Origin: Rotaria socialis
Lineage: Eukaryota
NCBI GenBank assembly: GCA_905331295.1
Contig: CAJNYD010000056.1
Span: 124,001-188,000, forward strand
Reading direction: 5' to 3'
DNA length: 64,000 bases
This document shows, piece after piece, positions 40,314-53,420 of this stretch. Both the position numbers and the translations under genes were made by a program. A model generated the notes under the pieces. The model was not told where the DNA came from, did not search any database, and saw nothing but the letters and a program-made list of their open reading frames with translations. How positions within the stretch are numbered: the first letter of the stretch is position 1; each line of letters begins with the position of its first letter.

Positions 40314-41327
40314 TCAAAAATTAAATACATAGTTGAGCGGTATACTATCTACAACGTTCATTTCACTTGGACTACCAACTGAGTCATTATTTGAATGTTC
40401 CCGTTTTCGACGATGCGCCGTTAATTTTATTGCACGTCTCAATTGAGGAGAAACACTTAATAAAGTAACACTGCACGTTAGCAAGCCGACTACAGCCATA
40501 AAACAAAGAAGACGATAGGATAGTCGATGCATACGTTTTTGAACAAACATTAATAACCAAAGGATAATTGCAGCGCTACTAGTAGCCAACAGAACAATAA
40601 CTAATAGAATAATTCTTTTAATAGTTATGACATCACGTTTCATTCGTCTCAGTCGTTCTCTTGATTGCCAATGCTGTTTCATGTAGAAAACAATTTCCAT
40701 GTAAACAATAAAAATGCCAGATACAGGTATTGCAACAAATATGATCGAGATATATACTGATGACCATGTATCACTAAAGCGATTGAAACAATAGTTTTCC
40801 GACGATAAATAAACTGAACGAAACCAAACAGGAATAGACAGTATCATAATTATTATCCAATGAACAATAATCAGTCGAATATTGTATGTAAATTGTCTCA
40901 ATAAGCGTTGTTTAGATTTTACTGTGCGCCAGAAACGAAAAAGTGCATGTAGAAAACAAGAACCATATATACCTGCTGAAAACATAGACATTAAACAATT
41001 TAGCAAACGACAATGCCGCGAAGGAACACTCTCGAATTTATTATCTGTATAAAAATCGCCAAATAAAGTTCGAATAGACATCAAGAGAAATGTTGTTGTA
41101 CAACCGATAACATGAATATAGGTATTCGTCGAATGAAGAAGGCCTACGCGGCGGCTCTTACTTCTGGACATACACTTTCTAAGTTTACCATGACAAATTA
41201 GACGAGCTAAAATGGATAAATCCAAAAGAATAGTTAAAAGAGCTAATAAGATGGTAACGATTGTAAAAATAGTGGCGACGTTTTTCAAATCCTCATTCAA
41301 CGATGGATTGTGTGACGCGTTAAACAT
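40314..41327 (-). CDS. Rhodopsin-like (class A) orphan GPCR, intronless CDS
   Basis: 337 aa ORF with seven hydrophobic helices, Cys at the top of TM3, ALFRFW at the DRY-equivalent position, a TM4 Trp and Cys in extracellular loop 2. Confidence 0.85.
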   Translation of the reverse strand: MFNASHNPSLNEDLKNVATIFTIVTILLALLTILLDLSILARLICHGKLRKCMSRSKSRRVGLLHSTNTYIHVIGCTTTFLLMSIRTLFGDFYTDNKFESVPSRHCRLLNCLMSMFSAGIYGSCFLHALFRFWRTVKSKQRLLRQFTYNIRLIIVHWIIIMILSIPVWFRSVYLSSENYCFNRFSDTWSSVYISIIFVAIPVSGIFIVYMEIVFYMKQHWQSRERLRRMKRDVITIKRIILLVIVLLATSSAAIILWLLMFVQKRMHRLSYRLLCFMAVVGLLTCSVTLLSVSPQLRRAIKLTAHRRKREHSNNDSVGSPSEMNVVDSIPLNYVFNF

Positions 41328-44039
41328 TGATTCGGAGTTTCAATCTAAAACGCACGATGAAATTTTCATTTGAAATCTGTAAATATAGAAAAACAAACAT
41401 TTGCTAGTCATCCTAAAATATTGAGAATAGAAGGTAAAAATAGGCTTTACTATTGTTGAAAGAATGAAGCCTATTTGTCATCAATCAGTTACTTATAACC
41501 TAACAGAAAAATAAACATAAATTATGGAAAATGCAATATTATATGTTGTAAATTTCTTATCAAACGCTCACTCACAATAGAATATTTGATGATGCAAAAT
41601 GAGCTTTGTTAATATTTTACATTCCTAATAGCTTGTCATTCATCTCTAAGAATAGCCCAGAGTTTACTATGGACACACAAAAGCGCTCTTAAAGAAAGCA
41701 TTCAAACATGATGAAATCTACTATTATTGTGGAATTTTCTCGTAAATGCTATTTAATATTTAATAATAATCTTGTTCAAATAGGAAGTAACTTCAATTTT
41801 AATATTATCAACTAATAGGATCTCAGAGACGTTTAAAAATATAGTGACAGAAAATTATTTTAGCATCGAAATTGTCAGATCAAAAACTTAAAATTTAGAA
41901 TTTTTTTCTAAATTACGATGCAATCAGAAAAGCTTTGCAATTAGCAGTTTTTGAAAATGATGACCTTTTCTATTGAAAAGATCCCAGCGAATGCTTTAAT
42001 GAACATGTGGTTGAGATCACGCAAAGATATTCAATGTTGAACTCTTTCATCAAGCTTAAATGTTGTTTATAAACTATGTACAAGGCCAACCAAATGTATA
42101 TGTTACAGGCGGAAAGATTCTGAAGAACAAAAACAAAATTATATGATGTAAATTCAATATTGGCATTCATATTTTGTTTTGGAATTTGCTTTGAAACGCT
42201 TTTGTAGACTAGGATGTCTATATTATATTGTGCGCAATAGTACTTAATAGTGATTGTGATTTTCAAGCTCGCCAGTGCTTCAAATATTGATACAAGTTTG
42301 ACGTCAATATTGTCTGCTGCTTCGACATAACAAATATTTACAAATTCATTTAACCTTCTGTCAGTGAGTTTGAAATACAGAAATTATCAATTAGCGGAAT
42401 AAACAACGACACCGTAATATTGCGTTGTGATAGGAATAGATGATGATCATATTTCGTATCACTAAGTATACTGGGAGGATTTGAGAATTGAGAGTAAACA
42501 TAAAAGAATAAAAAAAAATGCCAAAGTCAAAGGCAAACTTTCAGAAAAGCTGACATAGCGAGAACATAACAGTCGCAATGTTAAATGAAAGAGAACGTGC
42601 ATCGGCGTTTCTTGTTTAATACCATATGATTTTAACTAAATTTGTTTCTCTCCTAAAAAATGTCGTATGATGGTTGGCATAATAAGTGGCACAAATGTCT
42701 TTTTGAAAAATGTCAATCGGTGTTTCGCGATATTACCGATTTCTGAATTAATCAGTCTTTTGTTTCTGAGGAAGAGCGATGTCTGAGTTACCAAATTTTC
42801 TAACAGACATATTTTTGCTAAAAAACGAATCTCAACAGAAAGAAAGGCTCCCAATCAACCGCCTCTGAAAACGTTTTTTCTTGCAATTTGAAAACGGATA
42901 TGTTTGAAAATTTGAGTCCTAATACAATAACTGTCATTTGACGAAAATATCGGACACTGCCGTTAGAAACGCTGAATGAGCTAAGTTCTATTCTTTTGTC
43001 ATTTCATAGAAACGAATTTAGTCTCGGGAATTTAGGCACAATTTTAACGAAACCTAAAACTAAATTTAACTTCGAATACATCATTTAAAAGGACATTACG
43101 TATTAGCGTTACAAAAACCATCATTGGCCTTACTTTACTATTTGTCTTGTAATTTCAATCAAACTAGTAGTAATTGGAAACTTACGTTTGTTGATGGTGA
43201 ACGTGTGAGAACATTTGAATAGATATTTGGTTTTTAACTATTTCTTCTTGTCAAGTTCGTTGTAGAAACATGCGTCTGCTGCAAAATTTGTAGCTCAGAT
43301 ATTGCTCTTCCTGAGACAGAAACGCATGAATGATGTACAAACGTCGATCATGTTATATAGCAGTGTTTGACATTTTTCCAAAAGACTTTTGTACCACATT
43401 TTGTTGAAGAATCTTTTCAGAGTGCGTGTTCATATGTGAGAAATGAAAACGACGAAAGAGAATATTTATTTACGCATTCTAATAATCTTTATTTCACACT
43501 AAAAATATGTCGTGTAATTAATTTGAATAGGGCACGTGAAAACTAATTATAAATGCAAACCGGAAATGGGCATTGCTATTGAAAAATACTCGAGTCGTAG
43601 TAGTTTTTTGAATGTCTTCAAGCATGCGAAACTAATTATTCAAAATAAAACCTCATTGTTTCTCTTTCGTAATAGTGAAAATGAGCATTGATCATCAGTA
43701 GTGTCAAACTCAGTGCTGCCAGCTGTTCAGGTCCCAAATGGAGTGCATTCGTGAGGTACGCAGTTTACATCTTTCACACTGGTCATCGGCGGCGGAAATC
43801 AATTTCTAAAACTACTTTCAATCCGCAAAGGGCATTCTCAGTTTTTCGTTTTACTATAAAACCTAGCTTTCCAATTGAAATCTTTATTTTCTAATAAATA
43901 TGTTCACAATAAAATTTCATTTTGACCTATATATATTCAATTCAATCATAATAAAACAATGCTTACTCAAAGCGAACCTTCTCGATTTATATTTACACTA
44001 ACTGTTGCGCGCTTTTTTCGAAACTGTATTTTTATTGAC

Positions 44040-44760
44040 TTTTGGCACACTTTATCAGTTGCGGTTGTGTTTGAGCAAAAGAAAAAAATCTTCACATGTC
44101 CCCTGGTCGAACATTCCGGCCAACGGATCCCGTCGGATACTCCAGAAAATATGCGAGAAAGTCACCATATCCGGCAGAAAAATACGGGAAATCGCTGGAA
44201 CATGGAAGCAGTATTCCGGTCAAAAATACGGCCGGACTTTTCCGGCGGATTCCTGTCAAATTCAGGTGGTTTTCGGCAGGAATTGATCGGAAATCAGCGG
44301 AAACAATCCGAAAATTTTCCAACCGGAATACTGCGCACAAAATCAACGGAACTAACTGGAACCGGCCATTTCCAGGCCGGCCGCTCGACCTGGGTCATAG
44401 TACTATTCAATCTGATTTTCAATTCAGCAGCTATCCTTTCATTCACCATCAAATTCCGACTGACTGTCCATGCGCTTTTCATATAACTAAAAACGCCTTC
44501 GACAAATGCATTTAAGCAAGGAATTGAGTACACATAAGAAATAATTTTGTGCATTTCAATACACATTGGTTTCGACTTTGCAAGAAGAAAAGTCCAAAGT
44601 TGATCAGACCGATATTCCATTTCTCTTTCATGATTTCGATCGTCGGTTTGTGAATGAGATTATCTTCATCATGGGACTCGTAAAGCTTCACCTCTTTATC
44701 AATAGTAAATGTCGAAGAAAGAGGCAGAAATTTTCTGAATTTCAACCAAAATATGGATGA
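44040..44760 (-). mobile_element. hAT transposase C-terminal (dimerisation domain) remnant
   Basis: DQLWTFLL...IISYVYSIPCLNAFVEGVFSYMKSAWTVSRNLM..ERIAAELKIRLNSTMT|CEDF. A hAT-like terminus tggcaacccta lies at ~44820-44830. Confidence 0.75.
44101..44394. mobile_element. GC-rich MITE with CCC..GGG termini and 2 bp TSD (EnSpm/CMC-like)
   Basis: tc[ccctggtcga...tcgacctggg]tc with many internal ttccgg/ccgga motifs. Removing it restores the STMTCED reading of the hAT remnant. Confidence 0.85.
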
Positions 44761-44829
44761 TAGTAGTCGTAACATTGAAACGCGCAGATGGAGTACTGTA
44801 CCCCCAAATGGGGTACGGTTGGCAACCCT

Positions 44830-44988
44830 AGTCAAACTTGAAACTTGCATTCAGTTGAAAATAGAAAATATCAACTTTCAACTCATAGCGATATATGTGT
44901 GAGTCACGATTCTTCAGAATACTATTGGTTTAAAAATTGAAAATTGAAAATTTCAAGTTTCAATTGAATTCAAGTTTCAAGTTTGACA
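44830..44988. mobile_element. Small MITE-like inverted repeat
   Basis: gtcaaacttgaaacttgcattcagttgaaa pairs with tttcaattgaattcaagtttcaagtttgac. Confidence 0.65.
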
Positions 44989-47711
44989 TATATGTGAATC
45001 ATGGGAACATACTTTTATCGAACATAATAACTTATCAAAAAGTAAACGTAATAATGATTAATATTAATATTACTACTCATAAATTCGACCAGTAATTGAC
45101 GCTAGTATAGATTACGCTAGTCTTCTAAATAAGCAAATTGAGAGTAAATGACTCTACTGAATCAAAGGTTTAAACAATCACCTGTTTTGTTCTTAACTAT
45201 TCTGCACACGATGCGAATATTCATACGCAGGAGTGAGTCTCGTAATTGTACTTCATGTGCATCAATTAGCTATTCATTGAGCATAAAAAGAACGTTTGCA
45301 AATAGATTAGTTAAATTCGTCGATGAACTAATAAAATATTCTATAAACCAGTGAGTGTGTAAAATAAATCTCAAGCTTTTAAAATGATCAGTTTAATGCA
45401 GCGAAGACATACTTAACAAATCAATTAGCATATTGTTTTGTTTTTATAGTAGTGAAAGTAAGCTTTTGTCGACATGTTTTAATGAATGTTATGTCAGGAA
45501 ATATCTGTCCTGCCATAATTATGTTCTCTCGTCTTCTCTCAGCTTCATTCTATCACGCTTACAATCATTCCATTCTTCTTCTCGTATATATTCTATTTCA
45601 GTGAGTGTAGATGTTTAAAGAACGGGGATTATTTCTCGTGAGAATGTAATACACTTGCATCGATGGGTATGACATGCAATATTTTGTCGAAGAAAACAAA
45701 AAGAAAATTTAACTAATGATTTTGTATCGTACTAATTTTCACGCGGTATGAACAAGACTGGCGAAACAATTTTGTATTTTAATCATTGTTGAGACTTTGT
45801 GTTTTTTCTTGTCCAATTTAAACGAAACCTGAATAAGGTTGAAATACACTATAAGGAATCATAAAAAATTCTCAAAAAACACATTATCAATTGTATTCCA
45901 TTTAGTAAAAAGAAGCTAATGTTATAAATTATTTAGCATAAAACTGTATTTTTACACAAGTGTTTTCAAAATATGAATCGATCAAACGCTAAACAATCTC
46001 AAGAAAACTGAAGATCTTTTTAACTATACTCATCCTTTTGTTTTTCATCGACAACTAAGGACAACTACTCATAGTTCTAAATCGTTTCTAGTCAATGGGT
46101 AAATTATGGACTAATGGATTAAACTCAAGATCCTTCATACGCACGACTTAGAAATTAATTAATCTTAAAAGAAAGGCACGCGAACGTGTTCTTTTTAATT
46201 AAACTATGCGTGTAGAATATTTTAATATCACCCGTTTGACTTTTTACATTTTTTCTAATTTATATTTCGCTGAATGAAGACTCCCGACTTATGAGTTTCA
46301 GGAATAACAAAATAAATATTGCACAGGTTTTTTTCAAGTTAGTAGACTATATTTTATAATTAATTGAAATGAATGACTCGAGAAAAAATTATTCATGTTT
46401 TATTCTTAAAAGTTAGTCGACTATTTTTATACGCGGAAATTCAATAGTCGAAACATTTCTATGATGGAAAAAGTTCTCATTTGTATTTTTCCTATGATGA
46501 TAAATTATGTTTGAGAAATTCATGAATTTTTAATTTTTTCACAGATGACTCTGTAATCCAAGAAAATAAGACATCGGTTCACGTTGTTCCATTAATCTTA
46601 TGTTCTTGCTCCAGAACAACGTTTTCATTATGATAAACTCTCTTGGTGTAGTACACTATTAGTTTTGAGCTGGGTCGGGTGCATCTTTGCTCTCTCCCTA
46701 GTTTCCATATTGAGAATGAGTAAAAATTTCTTGTGAGCAAAAAACAGACTGTAAAATATCTATGCAGCATGACACTAAGAATAAACAATTTTATATTCGT
46801 CCAATACTATTGTTTTCAGAATCATTGAATCATAATTTTCAACGTAATTTCCATTGGTTACCTATATTTATTTAAAACGTCATTAAAATGTAAGTATTTT
46901 TATTTCTTAAAAAATAACAATCATGAATATCTAACAATACTGCATATAAAATAGATAGATTATCATCTATTGATTAAAAGCGTTGAACGATAAATTGAAA
47001 AATAGTTTTCATTTCAATGCACTAAAAATTGCGATTAACCTTTACCGAGATTTTCTCATCCTTACTATCTACTCGGCGTTTAACTAAACTATTTCTTGTG
47101 TTTATATGAGAATCCGGTTTTTAAATATCCGACTAGCATAGATTACATTTTCGTCAAATTCGGATATAGTCGAAAACATTCATTAAAGATAATCACTGAA
47201 TTAACTAGAGAAATTCTAGATGTAAATTTTTATTCGGATTTATTAGTTTGGATGAGGATATAAGTGACATGTTGTTTTTTAGCAAGACAGCAAATTGATT
47301 CGACTAAAGCGACTCTCACATTCGATGGTTAGCAAGTGATATATCAACGAATTGATTAGCAACTGAACTAAGTAATCAGTGTATAATATTACATCCAGAA
47401 TGACTCTAGTTGATCCTACAGTTTTCAGCTACGAAAATATGTTCAGTAAAAATGAATTAATTCCTAATTTAGTGATTGATTTTAGCAGTATATAAATCTT
47501 ATTTCGCTACTTTAGTTTTACTTCTGGTAAGAAATTCAAGTGAATTCCATTAAAAGAGTCCAATATAGCTTTTCTGTTTGTATAGCTAAAAGAAAGATCT
47601 ATTTGAGTAATTATCGTATATTACAAAAAAAGAAAAAGAAAAGCTTTCATACTATTGTAGACGTAAAATACATTAATGATTCCAACTGATTAACCAAGAA
47701 AAAGCACAACA

Positions 47712-48080
47712 ATGCAATTCACTCAAGCATATAGTAAATGCCAAGTGTGTGGAGATTGTGCATTTATAATGAATTATGGAGTATTATGTTGTTTTCCATG
47801 CCGAACATTTTTCCGTCGTAATTCTCTTCGTGCAAAAGTTTGAATTTATTAAGAAATATGTGCGTATCTATTTTCCTTAACATTTTTTTTATAGAAATTT
47901 CCTGGATGTGTTTATGGCGGTCATTGTGAAATAAATACAATTACAAGAAAATGTTGTCCACCGTGTCGTCTCATGAAATGTTTTACTATGGGAATGAGTA
48001 CAGATTTGATTCGGAAAGAAGTGTTACCAGGTAAAAAACGAAAATTGAAAGCGTTCAAAAATCAAGAACCGATTATGGTG
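47712..48080 (+). CDS. Nuclear receptor DNA-binding domain exons (47712-47837, 47895-48080); LBD exon not found
   Basis: MQFTQAYSKCQVCGDCAFIMNYGVLCCFPCRTFFRR | GCVYGGHCEINTITRKCCPPCRLMKCFTMGM, with an in-phase intron and a donor at 48081. Not in the supplied ORF track. Confidence 0.85.
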
Positions 48081-49779
48081 GTACGTAGAAATTGAAAAAT
48101 ATATTGATGATTTATATAAACCGCAATATTAGATGCGAAATTAGCGTAAGAATTTAGTACTGAGTAGATTCATGGTAATTTCTGAATTGAATAATCGAGC
48201 TTCGCTGTATTCTTGGAGCAAAGCTCTATTCATTAATCGGATTTTTGTGGAACTCACATATATTTTCGAAGAAAATGGTGAGTGTAAGTTTAAAGGCGAG
48301 ATTTTTGCGGCTCCCCACCCCCTCCCCATTACAGACATTAATGAGTTTAAAATTGTGCTAATTAGGAGCTTGACTAATTAGGCTGCTATTTCTTCCTTTT
48401 CAATTACAGACTACACGAAAAAAGCAATGTTTGCCCATTCCAGACCATAGAAACCAGTCTCTGCCCTTGTTAAATATACGAGCTAACAATTGATACTCAA
48501 TTACAGACATAAGTGCAAATAGGCAATGATCTAACTATAGGTTTTGGAAATCAGGGTAGATTTTTCAGATGAACTATTTTGAATTATTTTAGTAAGCCGA
48601 AGGGATATATGTGAGTTTCACATTTTAGCCCCAAAGGGGCTGCGCTAACAAACTTTTTTCACATGAATTGATGCATTGAGAAATCTCACTTCATTATAGT
48701 AATACACTTTTTGACTATCTGTTATAGTTAGGATAAAGAGCCCTGCGACTGCGATGATAGAAATTTTCGAGTCAGATTCATAAAAACTCTGACGCCTTAT
48801 TTTAATTGACGTTCATATGACTGTGCTATTTTTCTTTCAACACTGTTTTTGCTAAATGATCAAACACTGATTTGAAGCGAGGTAAAGTATTGTTAGCAAG
48901 AATTTGAGCGAACTAAAATCTTCAAAGAGCCGCTAGAACAACACAATCAACTACGTGTGTAGAATGTTACCTATTCAAACTTTCCATCATACTTTTTGAA
49001 TGAATAGTAGAACTTGTGTTATTTGTCTTCGTTTATAATCTAATTTACCGATATATATGTGGCAGGCGAGTTTGGAATTTAGTTGAGTTTGGAATAGCTT
49101 TTTCTTAATTTTTTTAATAGAATTTTTGTTGAGATCTGCCTTTAGAAAATTTTGTATTGATAATTATTCCTTCCATCTTTTTACAAGGTTTTCATATAAA
49201 TTCAACTCTCTGTACATTTGTTAAACAATGGGGACATTGGGACATTGAATTTATCTGAGAAAAATAAATTATTTTATTTATTCAACTTTTATAAATCAAA
49301 TATAAAAATGTACTAAACATCCTTGTAATACCATCTGATGATTAATTCAGAGGAGATTAATTATATTATGACTCACACCGGTAGAATTTAAATAAAACGA
49401 AAATTTTATTATTATTATTATTATACATAAAGCACAAGGTGATCATTTACCTATAATTTCTTTCATTCATTCGATTCAATTTAATAGTAAAATCTTTTTT
49501 CCTTTTAAATATATTTTATTTTATGAAACACGAGCAGGGAAAAAAAAGAAATTCAAATAATTTTATTTCACGCATTCCAATCTCAACTGAAATTCTCATC
49601 TCAACTGTGACATATATATATAACGGTGAATATAATTAACCGACTTGCTGATGCATATATAGAATAGATTCGCCAGGAAGTTCTTTCAACGACTCTCATA
49701 TCGATGGCGACCATAGATCTCATCTGCAAGTAAGATTTTTAATGCGATGCGAAGCAGAAGCATTTATGTAGTCCGTCGC

Positions 49780-49782
<3 letters not shown>

Positions 49783-49816
<34 letters not shown>

Positions 49817-50046
49817 TTCAGTAATAGTTAATTTTTGTGCCTTTTGTATGGTTCACAATTTCAAATATAGCTGTCTGTCATTTTTTATGTCTACACCGCA
49901 GTTTTTACATGCTATCGGATGGGTGGTCCGAGACAAGTAGCCGTTAGTGACTTGTCCAAGGTCATTCTATGTATGATGGCGCCGAGGTTCGAACACACTA
50001 TCTTGTGGATATGTGTCGAACATCTTAACCATTCAGCCATAGCGGC
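49783..50046 (-). mobile_element. tRNA-derived SINE with CORE-like segment and poly(A) tail
   Basis: Minus strand: A box TGGCTGAATGG, B box GTTCGAACC, then TGACCTTGGACAAGTCACTAAC, ending in a ~30 nt A tail. Possible short TSD agttt. Confidence 0.8.
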
Positions 50047-50326
50047 TAGTTTCAGTTTACTGACAACTGAGATCACACAGAGATACTGAGCACTGCGTAC
50101 TGGCTACACTGCACCGACAGCACTCTCACTGGAACTCAACTGACACCAAACATCACTGATGCATCCATTCATCAAGAATACGTAAATGCATAATTGCAGT
50201 GCAACTGCAGCACATCAGTGATGCTCAATGTTAGCGGAGTCCCAGTGAGACTGCTGTCTGTGCAGTGTAGTCAAAACTCAGTGCTCATTATCTCGGGTAA
50301 TCTCAGTTATCAGTAAACTGAAACTA
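50047..50326. mobile_element. Palindromic MITE
   Basis: tagtttcagtttactgacaactgagat pairs with atctcagttatcagtaaactgaaacta. Arms continue through ctacactgcac/gtgcagtgtag and catcactgatg/catcagtgatg. Confidence 0.8.
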
Positions 50327-53300
50327 CACACCCCTATCTGGGCGTATCGAATGATTTATTGTTTCATAGCTACTGTCCTTAACAATGAACGTATCGTTCT
50401 TCTTTTTTGCAATAAAATAAAATAAAATAAAATAAAATATATATTTTATATTTTTCGTCTAACAATATTTTTCATTGATTCGACATTTTTCTTCATTCGA
50501 TCCGTTTCCTTTCGATTTTTGTTCGTTCGACATTTTTTCTTTCGATGTTTTCAATACATACCAAAAATATTTTCTATTCTGTGATAAAAAGAAGAATCAG
50601 ACTTGTTTTTCAAGAAGTGCAAGAGTCTTTCCAGGTGACAGATTTCTTGTCTAGCCATCCAAGAGTCTGTCTACCGGATTCTGGTCTGATTGACAAGATC
50701 TTGTTGATCAGACAAGAAACTTACACGGAAGATATAGGGCAAGAATCTTTACAGATTTTTTAGCAAAAACAGAATCTGGACACAACAGAGCCAAGAACGT
50801 CGACTTGTGTAAATTTGTTTTGTTTTTCAATGTATAATTAATCCACCTATATATAAGTAGTAAAAATAGATCTAATTGGTTTTGTCTATAAAAATCTGTT
50901 GGAGTTCTCTGAGAACATTCAATAATTTTATTCCGTGTTTGCAAAAGAGATACATCTATACAAGTCAAGAATATGAAGAACCAAGAAAGACAAAACCTAT
51001 TCTAAGTGATGTCATGTGATTTTTTTTTAATTAAAAAGACAATAATCATCTGAAGTCCGGAATGTCTATATTTAACTTTCTGTACAAATGTCGTTTAGAC
51101 TCCTTCATAAATTGTCCTTGGCGAGCAAACCTAAGCCAAAGTAGAATCTGAACATACTCATTCTGATTGACTACTTTTGATATTCTACAGTAACTCAGAG
51201 GCGCTCGAAAATTGAACAAAAATCTTGTACAAAGATGTTCTACACATAGGTCAAACAAAGATGAGCGATCTACACAGATATATAGATAGAGATCCAGTGT
51301 AATGGATTTTACATAATGAATAAAAACTATTCTTCGTACTGCTATGGTTTGCAACCGAAAATCTTTTTCAGTCTACAAATTTCGATCATAAAATGGCATT
51401 CGTTAATTCTTCATTCAATTTGAAAGAACATTCGATTTCATTTATGTATTCGTAATATATACTTATGACAAATCTTATATTATTTAATATGTGATATGTT
51501 TTGACAACAAGGTTCAACGCAAGCGAATGTTTATGTATTTCATTTTTAATATATTAGTGTTCGCGATTTCACTTAAACCATATTATCATACATTTGGCGA
51601 CTTAGACTGTTCATTAAACTATATTTTTCTTTTTCAAATATCTTTGTCATCTCATCTATCGTTTGATTTTATTGTGCAAAGTCATATGTACACAATTTTC
51701 TTTTCAGTCGATAATAAAGAAGAAAAACAGAACCTGATATTCTTTTTGAACAAGTCTTGAAATTACTCAGTAAAGAAATCGATCTAACTTGTGAATAGAT
51801 ACGAATTCACCGTGTCTTCGACCTGAACATAAGTTTCACATAAGAGTACTCAGTGGTCTCAAAGTTTTAAAAGAAAACCTTTGTTCATGCTTGTCACATC
51901 GGCGAATATTTTAGATGAATCAAACTCCATGAAGTACTAAGGATAGCTTTGTTTTATGTCAACGCAGAGACTAAAATTACACGTCACTTACACGAAAGAA
52001 ATGAATTAGTCTTAGAAAAATCTGCAAAATTAATTTAGAAAAATATTTATCTGTGTGTGCTATTGTAATGCCATTAAGAGGGAGTGAATAATCTCGTTAC
52101 GCTAATGGTAATACACCAATATGAATTGGATGGATATTATGATGTCAAAATCTCGATACCCAGTGTAACGGTATTATGGCATTTTTGGCCGATAATGACA
52201 TCTAAAACTGAACTCTTCAAACTTGACCAATATAATAGGTGGTAGGAGAAAATCTACATCAGCAAGATTTCCTATTTCATTTGTCCTTTTTCTATGGGAA
52301 AAATATTTCAATTATTGTATATTATCGGTTGTTATTGAGGAAAACATTCGATTTATCATTCCAAGACATTTTAGATAGCAATAAACGTTAAAAAAAATTC
52401 TCTAGCTTCTATTAGCAAAAGACTGCTTTTATTTTAATAGCACATTCGCTATAGAAGTGGTCGGTCTTGAATAATTTACGTTTCGATAATTCGAAATCCT
52501 ACGCAAAATAACTAAGAAATTTGAGAAAGAATATTTTTGTTAGCTTGTCAAATCTTAACCAGTATTTGAACATTTTAAATATTTTCTAGTTAATCGAAAA
52601 TAGAAATAGAAATAGAAATCAAAATTTCAATTTCATATTTCGAACAAGCATATAATATGTTGGTTATTCGGCTTATTATATACGTCAAGTAGTTGATCAT
52701 TCGTTTACTGATTCTAATAGTGCATGATATTTTATTCTTTTTTATTCTACAGTAGTTTTCTCCTTCTTTCTCTATACGTATATATGCTATTTCATCTTAT
52801 CCAGATTGTTTTTTTCTCTCTTGATGTATAGTATAGTCTAGCTTGCTGGATTACGTAAACATCTTTTATTCTCTCTCTTTTCGTTTCTACACTATATTTA
52901 CACGCGTATTTCAGTTGGTATCAGTTTATTTTATCTATTTAATTGGTGTTGCGATCACACACTTTTACTGTCCAAAATTTTTTTATCAACAAAGGAGAAA
53001 GTATAAAATACGAATTATCTTGTAATCATTGGAGCATTAGAATCTAGCAGAATATAGAATTCAAACTATGATGGAAAGTTTCAGACTCGTCCAGTACTTT
53101 GTAGTGAGTAGAAAACGAAGATATATTTTATCTGAAAGCGTATCGTATACTTTTGATAATCTATCCATAGATATTCTTTCAATAGATTTGAAGTTGGTAT
53201 ACTTCGTTCGAACACAGTATCGCTTATGCTTATTTGATAGGAGACAAATGTATGTTATTTTTTTATTTTAGATATTAGTTTAATCAAATTGATCAAAGTA

Positions 53301-53420
53301 TCTTCTCATTAAAATGTATCCGTGTTCCTGTGGTCAAATGTACGAATATCCATTGCAAGTGTAATTAGATTATTCTATGTTGTTAAAATGATTAACTTGA
53401 TAGTACCCTTGTTTTTCAGA

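Noticed and set aside
43959..44515. Several overlapping 84-175 aa ORFs
   Set aside because: They are explained by the stop-poor GC-rich MITE; only the minus-strand hAT remnant is protein-like.
49970..50046. Possible tRNA gene
   Set aside because: No convincing cloverleaf by eye; it continues into a CORE-like body and poly(A), so it is called a SINE.
50590..51360. Region rich in aatct/agatt/caaga motifs with short ORFs
   Set aside because: Probably decayed MITEs, but I could not define termini or a TSD.
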